Below are positions 50,259 to 62,810 of a DNA stretch of 64,000 bases, one piece after another; within the stretch, counting starts at the first letter, position 1; every line of letters begins with the position of its first letter. Position numbers and translations under genes: made by a program. Below the pieces are notes generated by a model that had not been told where the DNA came from, made no database searches, and was given only the letters and a program-made list of their open reading frames with translations. The stretch covers positions 1,240,001 through 1,304,000 of the forward strand of contig CP158636.1 in NCBI GenBank assembly GCA_050273025.1. Direction: 5' to 3'. Source of the stretch: Cenococcum geophilum. Lineage: Eukaryota.

Positions 50259-51460
50259 TATTTGAAAAACCTAAAAGATATTACTAACTAAACCAAACCA
50301 CTGCGTATATTGTTTTAGATGATTGTCAAATGCTGCAAATAGGTCTATTCGATTTAACTAGAAAATCAAGTTAGTATTTTAGGAGCGAATTTCCTGCCCA
50401 GACAATTGAGCATCAGTTGTTTCTCTCGTTGCACGCGGCATCATAATTGGCGGGAACGAATCTGAGGTAGCCCTCCTCTGGGTGCTGACAATCACATATA
50501 TAAAATAGAAGTCCCTTATAGGCAGGCTATTAATTCTTTCCTTTCTTTGGTCGCAAAGAGTGGGAAGAGGTGGAAGTTCATTGGGAGACAGTCCAGACAA
50601 GCCATTGACCAGGCATAACACGTAGTCCTCCTTGCAATGTGCAGACAGGAGCATTAATCCAATCGAGAGCATGCAAACCCAGAGGTATACATACATTCAA
50701 ACCACTGGATCCCTTCGGCTGGTAGCGTCCTACGAGAGTTGGACCATGTGCGAACACCAGAATCAAAAATACGCGTATGGAGCCTTGATCCCATTGACTC
50801 TATTGACTAGCTCTTATCGATAACCGTGGGACTAAACCCACCAGCCGAAGGGATACAAGCTATCGAGTAGCCATAAGATCTTCGTCTGGCGTTTTGCAAA
50901 GGCGGAAATACGTGAGAGTCAACCAAGGGGTCCTCATTTCTTCACTACGAAAATTGCTCTTGCAAGCATTCAGTGTCGTCCATGTCCCCCTCATCAACAT
51001 GCTTAGGATTCCGGCTTTACTATTACGTCTACCACCAGAATCATCCACCTGTTTTCGCCCGCTGGATTGCCTCAGTCCCTGACGCACGCCACCATAAAAA
51101 TCGTCTTAACACATCTCTCAGCTGCTTTGCCTACTTGCTCTCGACTGGACACTAATTGCAACGGATAGTCCTTTTACCCCTCCTTAAACCTCAACAGCAG
51201 ACTGAGGCGGTGTGCCATCTGCAGATGTTCAGCAGGGAACATCGTGGGGGTTGTTGCTAAAGAGGTTTAGCGGAGTATTTATTTCCGCCACGCCTGGTAC
51301 CTTTCAGTGAGGCTCTACTCTGGTGATCCCCACCTAAGAGCTGGCTGACTTTCAGCTCCAGCATTGCTCCTCCATAAGTCCACTCCCTCGCCATTGCACG
51401 TACTTTCTTTGCGACACTCTTTCTCATCATCTGCGATACCACCAATTCGTTATATCCACC

Positions 51461-53375
51461 ATGAGTTCGCTCGATAAGATTCTTGAAGCTTCCGCGAAGC
51501 ACCCGCCCGCGGAGGGGGTAACATACCAGTATGGCACGGCGGGAGTAAGTGAGCCTATATCTTGACATTACGATGATGCTGATAACCTGCGCAGTTTCGT
51601 ATGAAAGCGTATGCCTCTCCAAGCCAAAGATCGACGAAAAAACCTGGCGAAGATGTCCTACAAAGAAGCTGACCGCAACAGCGACGTCCTCGACTCTGTT
51701 GTTTTCCGATGTGGTCTCGTTGCGTCTCTCAGATCCAGATCACTTGGTGGTAAAACAATCGGAGTGATGATCACGGCATCCCACAATCCGCCAGTGGACA
51801 ATGGAGTCAAATTGGTGGATCCTACTGTATGCCCTACCTGCCTTGAACTAGAATTAGACGAGTGCTGAATATTACCTATAGGGTGAAATGTTAATTGTAA
51901 TTCGGTTCGGTACCACCCTACATAACCACCCTACTGACTATGCTGAACAGGCCTCTTGGGAAGGGTATGCCACCGAGATGGCAAATGCGAAGACTGACCA
52001 GGAGCTTGTCGATCTCTATAAATCTTTGGCAGCAAAGAACCGTATTGATCTCAATGCACCGGCTCATGTCGTCTTCGCAAGAGATACGCGTGCTTCTGGC
52101 TCAAGACTCGCAGCTTGTCTCACTGATGCCCTGGTTGCTTCTGAAGCTAAGTTCACTGACTATAAGATTTTAACCACCCCCCAGTTGCACTACATGGTGC
52201 GTTGCATCAATACCAATGGAACTGAAGAGGAGTACGGAGAACCAACCGAGAAGGGGTACTACGAAAAGCTCTCTAGCGCGTTCAGGCTAGCTATGAAGAA
52301 TAAGAAGCCGTCGGGAGCTTTGACTGTCGACTGTGCCAACGGCGTAGGTGGCCCTAAGCTAGTAGAGCTAATCAAATATCTTCCACCTAAAGATGAGAGC
52401 CTTGACATCAAGGTAGTCAACGACAACGTACTCAACCCCGATAGCCTAAATGTTGAGGTAGGAAAATGACGTGTTCCCTTCCCCAAGAAGAGGAACTTAA
52501 TGCTAAATCTCTTACCATAGTGTGGAGCAGACTTTGTCAAAACTAGCCAGAGGGCCCCGCCTTCATCGAAAGCTGGTCCTCTAGATCGCTGTTGTTCACT
52601 TGATGGAGATGCTGATCGAATCGTCTACTATTTCACGGACAAACGCGGCCTATTCCATCTCTTAGACGGCGATCGCATCGCAGCTCTAGCAGCCGCATTT
52701 CTCGCGGACTTGAGCCGCCAATCCGGACTTGCTGAAATTCTGAACATAGGCGTTGTCCAGACCGCGTATGCAAACGGCGCCAGCACCAAATATATCGAAA
52801 AGGATCTCCGTCTTGCAGTCAGATGCACTCCCACCGGCGTGAAGCATCTGCATCACGAAGCAGCCAACTTTGATATTGGTGTCTACTTCGAGGCCAACGG
52901 ACACGGCACCGTTATCTTCTCCGATTATGCGCGTAAGCATATTGCTACTCATGAACCGAAGTCTCCGGCCCAACGGGACGCCCTTGAGATACTACAAGCT
53001 TTGCTTCAGCTCATAAATCAAGCCGTTGGAGACGCGTTATCCGACATGTTGCTAGTTGAAGTGGTTCTTGCTCACAAGGGTTGGGGCACCGAAGAGTGGC
53101 TTGGTATCTACAACGACCTACCCAATCGCCTTGTTCGTGTCGTCGTGTTGGACCGCAATGTGTTTGTGGCGGAAGACGCCGAACGCCGTCTCGTCACACC
53201 GAAGGGGGCTCAGGCCGCGATCGATGAAGCGGTAAAGAAGGTTAGACAGGGGAGATCCTTCGCACGTGCTAGTGGAACCGAAGATGCTGTTCGTGTGTAC
53301 GCGGAGGCAGAGACTAGAGCCGAAGCAGACGATCTCGCAAACAAAGTCGCGGCCATCGTCAAGCAGTATGGCTAA
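51461..53375 (+). CDS. PCM1: Phosphoacetylglucosamine mutase (N-acetylglucosamine-phosphate mutase), 539 aa
   Basis: Exons 51461-51544, 51595-51608, 51682-51826, 51882-51896, 51951-52457 and 52521-53375. Motifs YGTAGFR, catalytic MITASHNP, metal-binding [14 protein letters not shown] and [15 protein letters not shown]. Confidence 0.96.
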
Positions 53376-55557
53376 CTGGCTATAGACGGTCGTTCCCTGG
53401 TGGCGAGTGACACAGGGGAGGCTGTAGATGAGATTGGCAACATGATGCTATACATGCTGTGGATGACTAAAGATTTGATTGAGATGATGCATGCCTGTTT
53501 CTGGATTAACAGGCTTGGGTAACATGAATTGGCGTTGGTGTATATGCGGAGCCCAGAAGCCTTTCCCAGATGCGGCATAATGGGTGCTAGGTACCAAAAA
53601 GTCTTTGTTTATATGTCTATCTCTCAACCAGTCTAAAGAAAAGCTTGCGTTTAGCGTGACATGTGTCGTTGCTATTTCCTAGGCAGTGAAAGTGGCATTG
53701 AGTGATATTCTCATCCTCTTAGCCGCCGCTCTTCTCCACATCATTGTCTCTTCCTCCCCAAGACTTCTACTTCCCATTCTCATCGGTTGCATCATTTCGT
53801 TCCCGGTGTCCGTCAGATAAAACTCTCATCTTCATACAATAGTTCTTTATCCTCGTCTGCCTTTGTTCACCCTCGACATCTCCGGGACCTCTCCTCGTCA
53901 CCATTATTTGACCCTAAGCTTCGGTTGATACTTATGTTCTCTCCTTCAATCGCACCATGCGCTTAAAGCTCTGTACAACGTCATCAACTTTCTTGCATTT
54001 GCATATCTAGGTCTACAACAGATTAAGCCTAAGAGCCCATCCCTCCGCGGCGGTATTTAGACACATACATCACTAAAGCTTAGAAATTATCTTTCTACTA
54101 ACTATATAGAGCCACTATTGAGACAATAATATGATCCCGGACCCCTTAGTTGGAGTAGGTTGGCACTACTCATAATAAGCGTTACCTACACTGCTGTATT
54201 TCAGTTGCAAGCCACAGATAGAGAAATTTCGTAAATACATCTTTTATCTACTCAAAAATAACCCTTTTATAAAATAAGTCCCGTCACCGGGTTTGGAACC
54301 TTTGGATATTGTCTTTAGGGAGAGCTGGATTCTGGTATAGTACACCCTTATACGTCTTAGTAATGATGAAGAATTTGTCTATTCTAAGAGGATAATACTA
54401 CTGTCCACATCAAATCAACACTATTGGAGTACCCCACAGCATCGTTCTGCACCGAAACAAGTGTGAAGCACCATACAAGAACCTCTTTAACTATCTCGTA
54501 AGAATCCTACGAATAAGGTAAAGAGGGAGATGGAATTAGCATTTGCGTAGGATGAGAGGGAGAAGGAAGTGGAAATTAGGAGCGTAAATTTCGAAGGAAT
54601 TGGTGGGATTTCCGGAAGAGTTCCCTAAAGTGATGCACCCCTCGCCGATGGTATGTGTTTATAAGATCTTCAGCCTCACCTCTTAGACGTAACTTTTCAG
54701 GTCGCCTCGAAAAACTAGTAGACGACTATGATACAAGTGATAGAGATGGTAGATGCTCAACCAGCTTGTGAACAACGGCACAGGATATAGTAAGCAGTAT
54801 CGAATTCGGATCGATCGGCGGTGGTAATGAATAGGGTATTCAAGGCGTCTATTCTACCATATATCTAAGAGCGAATGACAGTGTTCATGATTAATAAATA
54901 TAGACGGTGTCATGAGCGAGTTGAAACCATGTCCACGCGGTTTCATGCTTGCAATAGGTGGACCCCTGGGCTGACACGCACCATGTCCACCGAGAACGAA
55001 GGTAAATTACTTGGTAGCAACCTGCGGCTACTACCGTGCGATGCCGCGACCTCAGCAGCGATGCACTACTACGCACAAAATTTTGTAGAGCTAGAAAGAT
55101 GTACGATGTTGCCACTCCGGCGCGCCCACTAAAAAGTCGCGTGCCGCAAAATCTGGGCATTTGGCGCTCCACAGTGGCTAAAAATACAGCCTTCATGCCT
55201 GCATGGACCCTGGTTTCACGCCAGGGGTACCGGCGTCAAATGCTTGATGATGCGCAGAAGCAGCCACTCAGCGTGCGCCGCGGCCCCGAAACAAAACCGT
55301 TTCTGCACCTTCACCACCAAGAGTCCTTTACCACGCCTTTGTTCTCCTCTTTTTTCGTCCCTCTTTTGTTTTAATATATTTTGCGGGCTGTGATTATTGA
55401 CTAAACACGGTTCCATCTTCTGCAATATACCCAGTGTGACAATCTCCTTGATTGCCGCAAACCCTCTTGTTTTCCCCATTCGATACTTCACCAAGGACAA
55501 CTTGCGCGTAGAACCTCAGCAATTGTCTTCATCATCTTTGCATACGCATTTCCTACC

Positions 55558-58500
55558 ATGTTACCCAGCTCGGCTGGCTCTTTGCTGGCCAGGGAGACGA
55601 CGAGCTCGACGGACGAGTTCCTCAAGCTCGTCTCAGATCCCTTTTCCAGTCAGGTACACGACGCCCCTCCACAATAGCACGCTAAGAACTCCCAACTAAC
55701 ACGCTATAGCTTTCGTCGAAATCAGTCCTCGTCGCCCTCGGAACATCTCTAGGCGTTACTTTCGTTATTTCTCTCCTCTTCTGCCTTCTTCGACCATACA
55801 ATACTATCGTTTACGCTCCACGACTTCGACATGCAGACCAGAAACACGCGCCCCCACCAATGGGCAAGGGCTTATTTGCTTGGGTCAAGCCAATTCTTAA
55901 CACAAAGGAGGATGCCCTTGTCGAGAAGATTGGTCTCGATGCCACGATATTTCTTCGTTTCACCAAAATGTGTCGCAACATTTTCCTCGTCCTCTCACTT
56001 GTCGGCTGTGCAATCCTCATACCGGTCAATGTGGTTGGAGGACACCCAATGTACAAACAGTGGGATAAAAGCATAAATGGCTTGATGAAGATGACTCCAC
56101 AGTACATGTTTGGCTCGATATTCTGGGCCTTCGTCGCATGCGCTTATGCATTTGACGGGGTTATCTGCTACTTTCTCTGGCGAAATTACAAAGCTGTGAC
56201 TGGACTACGGAGGGCATATTTTGACAGCCCAGAGTATCAGGCCAGTTTACATGCGAGAACTCTTATGGTATGTTTCTAAACACCTTTTATTATGCCGGAT
56301 ATTTCTACTCAACTACTCCACATACATACTAGTCCACAGTCTAAGAAGAATCTTTACTAATTTTGTTAGGTTACGGATATCCCCAAGAGCCTCCGCAGCG
56401 ATGAAGGCATAGTGAAGATCACAGACGACCTAAAAACCACCCCAGAAGTGCCCCGAGCAGCCATTGCACGAAATACGAAGGACCTACCAGATCTCATCGA
56501 GGAACACCAGGAAGCTGTGATCGAACTTGAGAAAGTTTTGGCTAAATATCTCAAAAATCCCAGTAAACTACCGGCAAACCGACCAATGTGCAAGCCCTCT
56601 AAGAAAGACTCTTCTCATGCTGGCAAGAATGAGAAGGTTGATGCAATCGATTACCTTACGAGCCGGATTGATCAGCTGGAAAAGAGGATTCGAGAAGTAC
56701 GAGAGTCTGTCGATAAGCGTGATGCGATGCCTTACGGGTTTGCAAGCTACGAGAGTATTGATTCAGCACACAGCGTTGCGTATCTAGCTAAGAGAAGACA
56801 TCCTCATGGTACTACCGTGAGGCTAGCTCCCAAGCCAAATGATATCATTTGGAAAAACCTCCCATTTACTCCTGGTACTCGGAAACGGCGACGCATTATC
56901 AACAACCTGTGGGTAGCGCTACTCACTTTGGTTTGGATCGCGCCCAACGCCTTGATTGCTGTCTTTTTGACTAACTTGTCAAATCTTGGGCTTGTCTGGG
57001 CTGGATTCAGGACCCAATTGGAGACAAACCCAAATTTTTGGGCTGTCATCCAGGGTGTTGCTTCGCCAGCCATTACGTCGCTTTTCTACTTCTTTCTACC
57101 ATCTATTTTCCGCCGACTTTCGATACAGGCTGGAGACGTGACCAAAACATCTAGAGAGAGACATGTGATCCATCAGCTCTTCTCTTTCTTTGTCTTCAAC
57201 AATCTCATCGTCTTCTCGCTCTTCGCTGCCCTTTGGCAGTTTATTGCTACAGTCATTGACGAGACCAAGAACCAGAACAAGACGCTCATGCAAGCTTTGC
57301 AAGACGGCCAGCCCTTGGTCAAAATAATGTTGGCTTTGTGCAACGTTTCGCCATTCTGGATCTCCTGGCTACTTCAGCGCAATCTTGGTGCCGCCATTGA
57401 CTTATCTCAAATTGCCAACCTAGCGTGGGGCTCTTTCGCTCGAAAATTCTTGAGTCCAACTCCTCGGCAGATGATTGAATGGACTGCGCCTCCACCATTC
57501 GACTATGCAAGCTACTATAATTATTTCCTTTTCTACATGACCGTTGCTTTGTGTTTTTCAACTCTACAACCGGTTGTACTACTGGTCACTGCACTTTACT
57601 TTGTTATTGACGCCTACTGGAAGAAGTATCTCTTAATGTAAGTTGATTAAAACAATCTACTCCACAAGTGGCGGTTTTTTTTTAGCTAACAGTTTGATTC
57701 AGGTATGTCTTCATCACCAAAACCGAATCTGGCGGTCAATTCTGGCGTGTCCTATTCAATCGGGTTCTTTTCGCCGCCTTTGCCTCCAACGTCGTTGTCG
57801 CCCTGCTCGTCTCTGCCCGCGGAGACCGCTGGCCTATGCTCGGCGTTATGGTACCACTTCCCTTTCTCCTAATCGCCTTCAAGTTCTACTGTAAAACCGC
57901 CTTTGACAATCAAATCCATTATTACACCAAAGGCGAAACTAAAGGTCCCGAAGCTGCTATGCCTATTGACAAAGAGTCGCGTCGCCGCGACCGTGTAGGT
58001 GTTCGCTTTGGCCATCCCGCTCTGTATAAACCACTTACGATCCCAATGGTACACGAAAAGTCTCAACATCTCCTCAGCCAAATTTACCGTGGCCGGCTTG
58101 ACATGGACGCAGATGCTGCAAACATTGCAGGTTACAGTGATGTCTACAGCATGAAGCGTATGTCCCGCGATCGGCCTGGCAAAGCTGCTGGCGCACCGGC
58201 TCCCTTTGAGATTGTCTCGGAACAGAACCTCGATTTCGAGAACTTCAAAGACCGTCCAGAGTTTAGCGAGGAATTCGGTGGGGATGGCGAAGTCTATGGT
58301 AAACCTTCAGATCTTATTCGATCTGGAACTCCCGGATCTGTCATGACGAATGATCGCGGCCGCAGTGTCTCTCGCGACTCGGAACGTACATTCACTCCGG
58401 ACGAGGAGGGTGTTTCCGGCACAACATACCCTGCTGGTTACCATACCACTCCATCTACGCTAAGGGAATACAGTCCTAGCCCCGATGGCCAGAAGTATGG

Positions 58501-58654
58501 AGGTGCTGATATGACTACTACGCGAACAGAGAGTAATCCATACCAACTAAGAGATGAAACTGCTTTGTTGCATGGAGCGGCACCCATGGGGCATGAGACG
58601 CCTCGTTTGGAAGAGAACTCCAACTTCGATTACTTCAGAGGCCGGCCGCTGTGA
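55558..58654 (+). CDS. OSCA/TMEM63 (CSC1/RSN1/DUF221-type) calcium-permeable stress-gated channel, ~957 aa
   Basis: Exons 55558-55653, 55710-56267, 56370-57637 and 57703-58654. Motifs LRP....VYAPR, KIGLDATIFLRF, ARTLMVTDIP, DAIDY, LAPKPNDIIWKNL, FFVFNNL, TPRQ, PPPFDYA and KYLLMYVF..KTESGG; multiple hydrophobic segments. Confidence 0.93.
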
Positions 58655-60587
58655 TTAAAATTTTAGAATAATTTACGTGCGTAAAACCGCCGGGCTGAAG
58701 AGACATCCTGTATTTTGATGTAAACCCCCGGACTCGGGGGTTGTGGTACGGTATGAGTCACTTCACAGGCGTTTGGAATTGGGATGCTATTTTTGAGTGT
58801 AAACTGCGATGAACGAATTTCTGCATTTGATGGCGTGTTGAGAGCATGCCACGGGGTCCCATTGCCCTCTAGAGCTGGTGCCTGGTTGCACGGGTGGCTT
58901 ACATGCGGTTTATAGAATTCTTTAATGCCGAACACTTATGATAAGCTAGAGCTGTTCTAACTATAAATTCGCTGTTATAATATAACATATGTGAAGTCAA
59001 TAATTGCTCGGTAAACAGCTGAATTACTAATGTCCCCTTATACGTTACTGGACTTGCTCTAAATCGAAGATATCCGCTCCAAGCTAATTCCACTAAAAAC
59101 CCAGCCTAGTCATGACTGAGTGAACTATCTCACGTATATTTGTTCATTCTACTTAGGATATTTTAACTTATATGCGACGCGTTAGATCATAGTATAATAA
59201 CTAATTCAATCAGTTCTAGAAGGATGGGTTCCAAGGCATATTTCCTCCTAGCTGCAGGCTTTCGGAAGTGGAGCCTATTAAAAAGCTTCGCGGACAGAAT
59301 CGTAATATAAAATTTAGGCTAGGACACTTTAGTAGTCAATTATTTATACCCGGTTGCTTAACATGCGGTGTTATATAAATTTCACTACACCTACAGTTTA
59401 GAAGAGTCTAAATACGCTTACCATTTAAGAAGTTATACTCAAACTTTATAATTTGCTTTTAACACTTTCTTAATAAGAAACAAAACTTTATGCAAGAAGC
59501 TCAATTTCCAGGATAGGGCGATGTTCCCTACTCCAATAAATTTTATAGGTGCAGAAATTTGTCACAACTTCTCTAGTTTTCGGATTTTAGAGTTTCCCTC
59601 GCACTTTCCTAAAAGCTTCACGAGCTCATTAATCTTCATGCTTCATACTCTCTAATATCACATCTTTGTTTTCATTCTCATGCATTACCACAGCAATCTC
59701 CAGCGTCCGCCTATGTTCAAAGAAGCATTCTCTATATCATCTAGTTTAATCAGTTCGGGCAAAGCACTTAGTATGCGTATCTATTCAGGAACATAGGGCA
59801 GCAGCAATCTGTAGATCAGTGATCTATTTAGGGCGGGGTCTATTGGGGCTCCAATGTGGATTCGGCTTCGATGTGGATTTGGATTAAGCCTTCTAATTAG
59901 TGGATCGGAGTAGATCTACGGTTAATTTAACTCTTAGAGCTCTAGATCTATACCCAATTCAAACTACGGCTATAGAGGAATAGAGCGCTAAGGAGTTAGT
60001 GCATAGAAGGGAGCCAATCGGTAACTCTTAACTCTATTACCGACTTAGTGTCTATTAAGTAGTGTATTAGCCATAGGACCCAAAATACCTAGTTATCCTG
60101 CCGGAGGATATTTACCCGCATTATCCGGGTCAAATGCCTACTGCAGCTATGAGAATGTGGTGGATATTTTACAGGAAACAGCCGGGAGGCATAGCTGGAC
60201 TCAGGTTAATTCTTGCCCTATATGGCTGTTCACTGGAGAAGGATATAAGACTTCAGTCTCCTGTATATAATCTCAGAATATTAAACGTCTTGGAAGAAAG
60301 TTAGGTTTGCGGGACTAGGGGTTAATATTACTCTAGATAAAGTTTTTATAGTATTCCCCACGCTTTTAACCCGAACTCTTTGCCCTTTTAACTCCCATAG
60401 CCTGCGCACACAAATTGGTGTGCAAAGACAAAAACTGAATAGGAAAAATATGAAATTTTATTAGGTTGGAGAGTGTATTCATCCTTCGCAAATGGGCTTC
60501 CATCTTTATACGCTCTTAGGCCAAGTCGCCTTAGAACAGAGATAAGAAGCTCAAGGAAGTAAGGGCAAAGAACATAAGATATTTTAA

Positions 60588-62389
60588 GGGCTGTGGACCG
60601 TAGCGCGTCAAAGCTCCAGTCTAAATATTATTATTATATATTTAACGAGTTAATATTAATTTAAGCTTGGACGAAGTAATATAGCCGCTTTAATACACTA
60701 ATAATCTACAGAGAGATCTTATTAGAACTATCTATATTAGAGCAATTAGTAAGAGAGAGTTTTACTTTCTACTTTTTAGTCCCTAATTATAACTTAGTAA
60801 CTAATATAGTATCTAAAATAGCCTTCTAAAATAGCCTAGTCTTATCTATATTATAAATATCCTTTAAAAAATAAGGCGCGATAATTGCATAAAGCTCTAT
60901 TATATAATCTTTAGCGCCTTCTATATTAACTAATATAGCCTTACTATATTACTTTCTCTTATAAATTCTATTACGAGATTTAAAGCCTTCTAACTAGCTA
61001 ATTAACTACTTAGGCTCTAGTAACTCTGCTGATATAGGTATACAATTTTATAACTAAGTCGCGGCAGCATAAATAAGGTCGCCTATAATAAAAATGCGAG
61101 AGTTCTATCCCTTACACCATTGAAATCGCGCGTAGAGTTGTGGCCTAAGCTTAACCAATTAAACCTAGGCGGTCAGCAATTCTGCCGCAACACTAAAAAA
61201 TTATTACAACCTAAAAATATGTAGAGTTAAAATAAAATAGCCTGCCACTAATTAATCCTTAGAGCTTATACGCTTAATATATTCCTTTTAGCATAGCCTA
61301 GATTAATAAAGCGAAATGCAACAAAGCCTACACCCAAATTTAGTGCGTAGTGTCCGCTTTAGGCACTTTAAACCCTTTCTATACCTTGCTAAGGAATTAT
61401 ATAATAGCTTATACAGAGGCTTCCTTCCACTAGGCCTTATAATTATAGTCCTTTTTCTAGCCTTAACGCACACTAAATACGTCTTATTTGCTTTATTAAT
61501 AATAACTAGCTTATATCTGTGATTTATTAGTATTTAGGGGACAATTTAGCTTATAGATAGACGAGTTTCTAATATATTAGCAGGCCGAATTAAATGCTTA
61601 AAAAGGGCGTTTATAAGATCTACTATAAAGTCTTTATGTCTAGCTTTATGTGGCCAGCCAGGTATAGCAAAAAAAGAGAGCTTATAGTAGTTGGTAATAA
61701 TTATATTAATTAAAAAGTAGAATAGCGGCTTCTAAGTACGCCTATAAACTCTTAAAGAGGTATAATAGGACCTTATTTAGTCTGCTATATCCACGCCTTT
61801 TATAAAGCGGTTATAGAAGTCGATAAAGCATGGGATCTAGAGCTATTTACGTACCTTATTACCGAAGATCTTACGTGTTTAAGCTGCTCCTATAGCTATA
61901 ATAGCCAGACACTTCCTCTCTCAAAGTATCTTCGCGGAAGCTAGTAATATATAACGTTAGTAAGATGGCCATAAAGTTAAGGTAGTTAAGCTACTTATTA
62001 TTAGCGACAGTGCTTATAAAGAGAACTATCTGCGCATCTTTCTAAGTAAATTCCATTATAGTATTATCGTCTAATGTAGCTATATAAAGCATACCCTATA
62101 GAATCTTAGAATTATAGAAGAGCTTAAGTTATATAAGCTGTGGTTTTATTCGTTTGTTATATAACTTATTATACAGCCTATCACTTTCCTCCTACTCCTT
62201 ATACTTTATTTTTATTATCCTAACTATTCTAGCACCGCCAATCCCTTCCTTTTAAAGTCTTTAAAGAAGTCTAATAGAGGTAAAGAGGTTATCTAGCCAA
62301 ACTACGTGCTTATTTAGAGGGTAGAGGTACTCCTTAGTATTATCGTCTACCTATATTAGTAAATTAAGCACTATTAATTCCATCTTAGT
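60588..62389 (-). mobile_element. RIP-degenerate piggyBac-like DNA transposon (3' part of transposase), interrupted by gypsy E7
   Basis: Minus-strand relics KHVVWLDNLFTS (~62275-62310), T(W)KDAQIVLF(M)STV (~62005-62050), PCFIDFYNRF(M)KGVDIAD(Q)IRSYY...R(T)(W)KPLFYFL (~61710-61835) and a Cys-rich tail RTKFGCRLCCISL (~61305-61350). TTAA at 60584-60587 coincides with the onset of AT-rich sequence (boundary tentative). Confidence 0.78.
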
Positions 62390-62810
62390 TATTACGGACG
62401 CTTTAAATACAATATTATAACTACTTAAAAAGGAGTTAGAAGAAGCTAGTTAGTTAATATAAGCATAGTCTAGGATAGAGCTAATAGAGCTATATAACGA
62501 GGAATAGTAACTAAGGTTATATAACATAATCTATATAATCTATAGGATCTACGTAATCTGTAATAGAGTAAATAGAGTACACGTACCTTATATATAAAGG
62601 GGATTTCTTAGGAGTACGGTTATATATTTAAAGGACCATAGTCCCTACCTAGATAGTTCTCTCCTTTATAGTAAATCTTAGAATATAATTAGAGTTAATC
62701 TATTAGGTAACTACTCCACTAGTTATTATTATATTATTAACTTCTTGTTTACCTATATACCTAGCCTATTAATAAGTCTACTGTAGTTCCTACTATAAGG
62801 CTTCGTTATA
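62390..62810 (+). repeat. 5' LTR of E7 (421 bp)
   Basis: tattacggacg (RIP of tgttacgg)...cttcgttata (RIP of ...gttaca). Confidence 0.88.

Noticed and set aside
50379..51200. Short ORFs between MRPL28 and PCM1
   Set aside because: No recognisable domain or consistent exon chain; could be a decayed gene but unsupported.
59400..60580. Possible decayed gene fragments and a hAT-like end (tagggcggggtc, gtggatt repeats near 59830-59910)
   Set aside because: No matching inverted terminus or TSD found, and translations are too broken to assign.
61316..61522. 68-aa plus-strand ORF
   Set aside because: Antisense chance ORF within the RIP-mutated piggyBac-like transposase.
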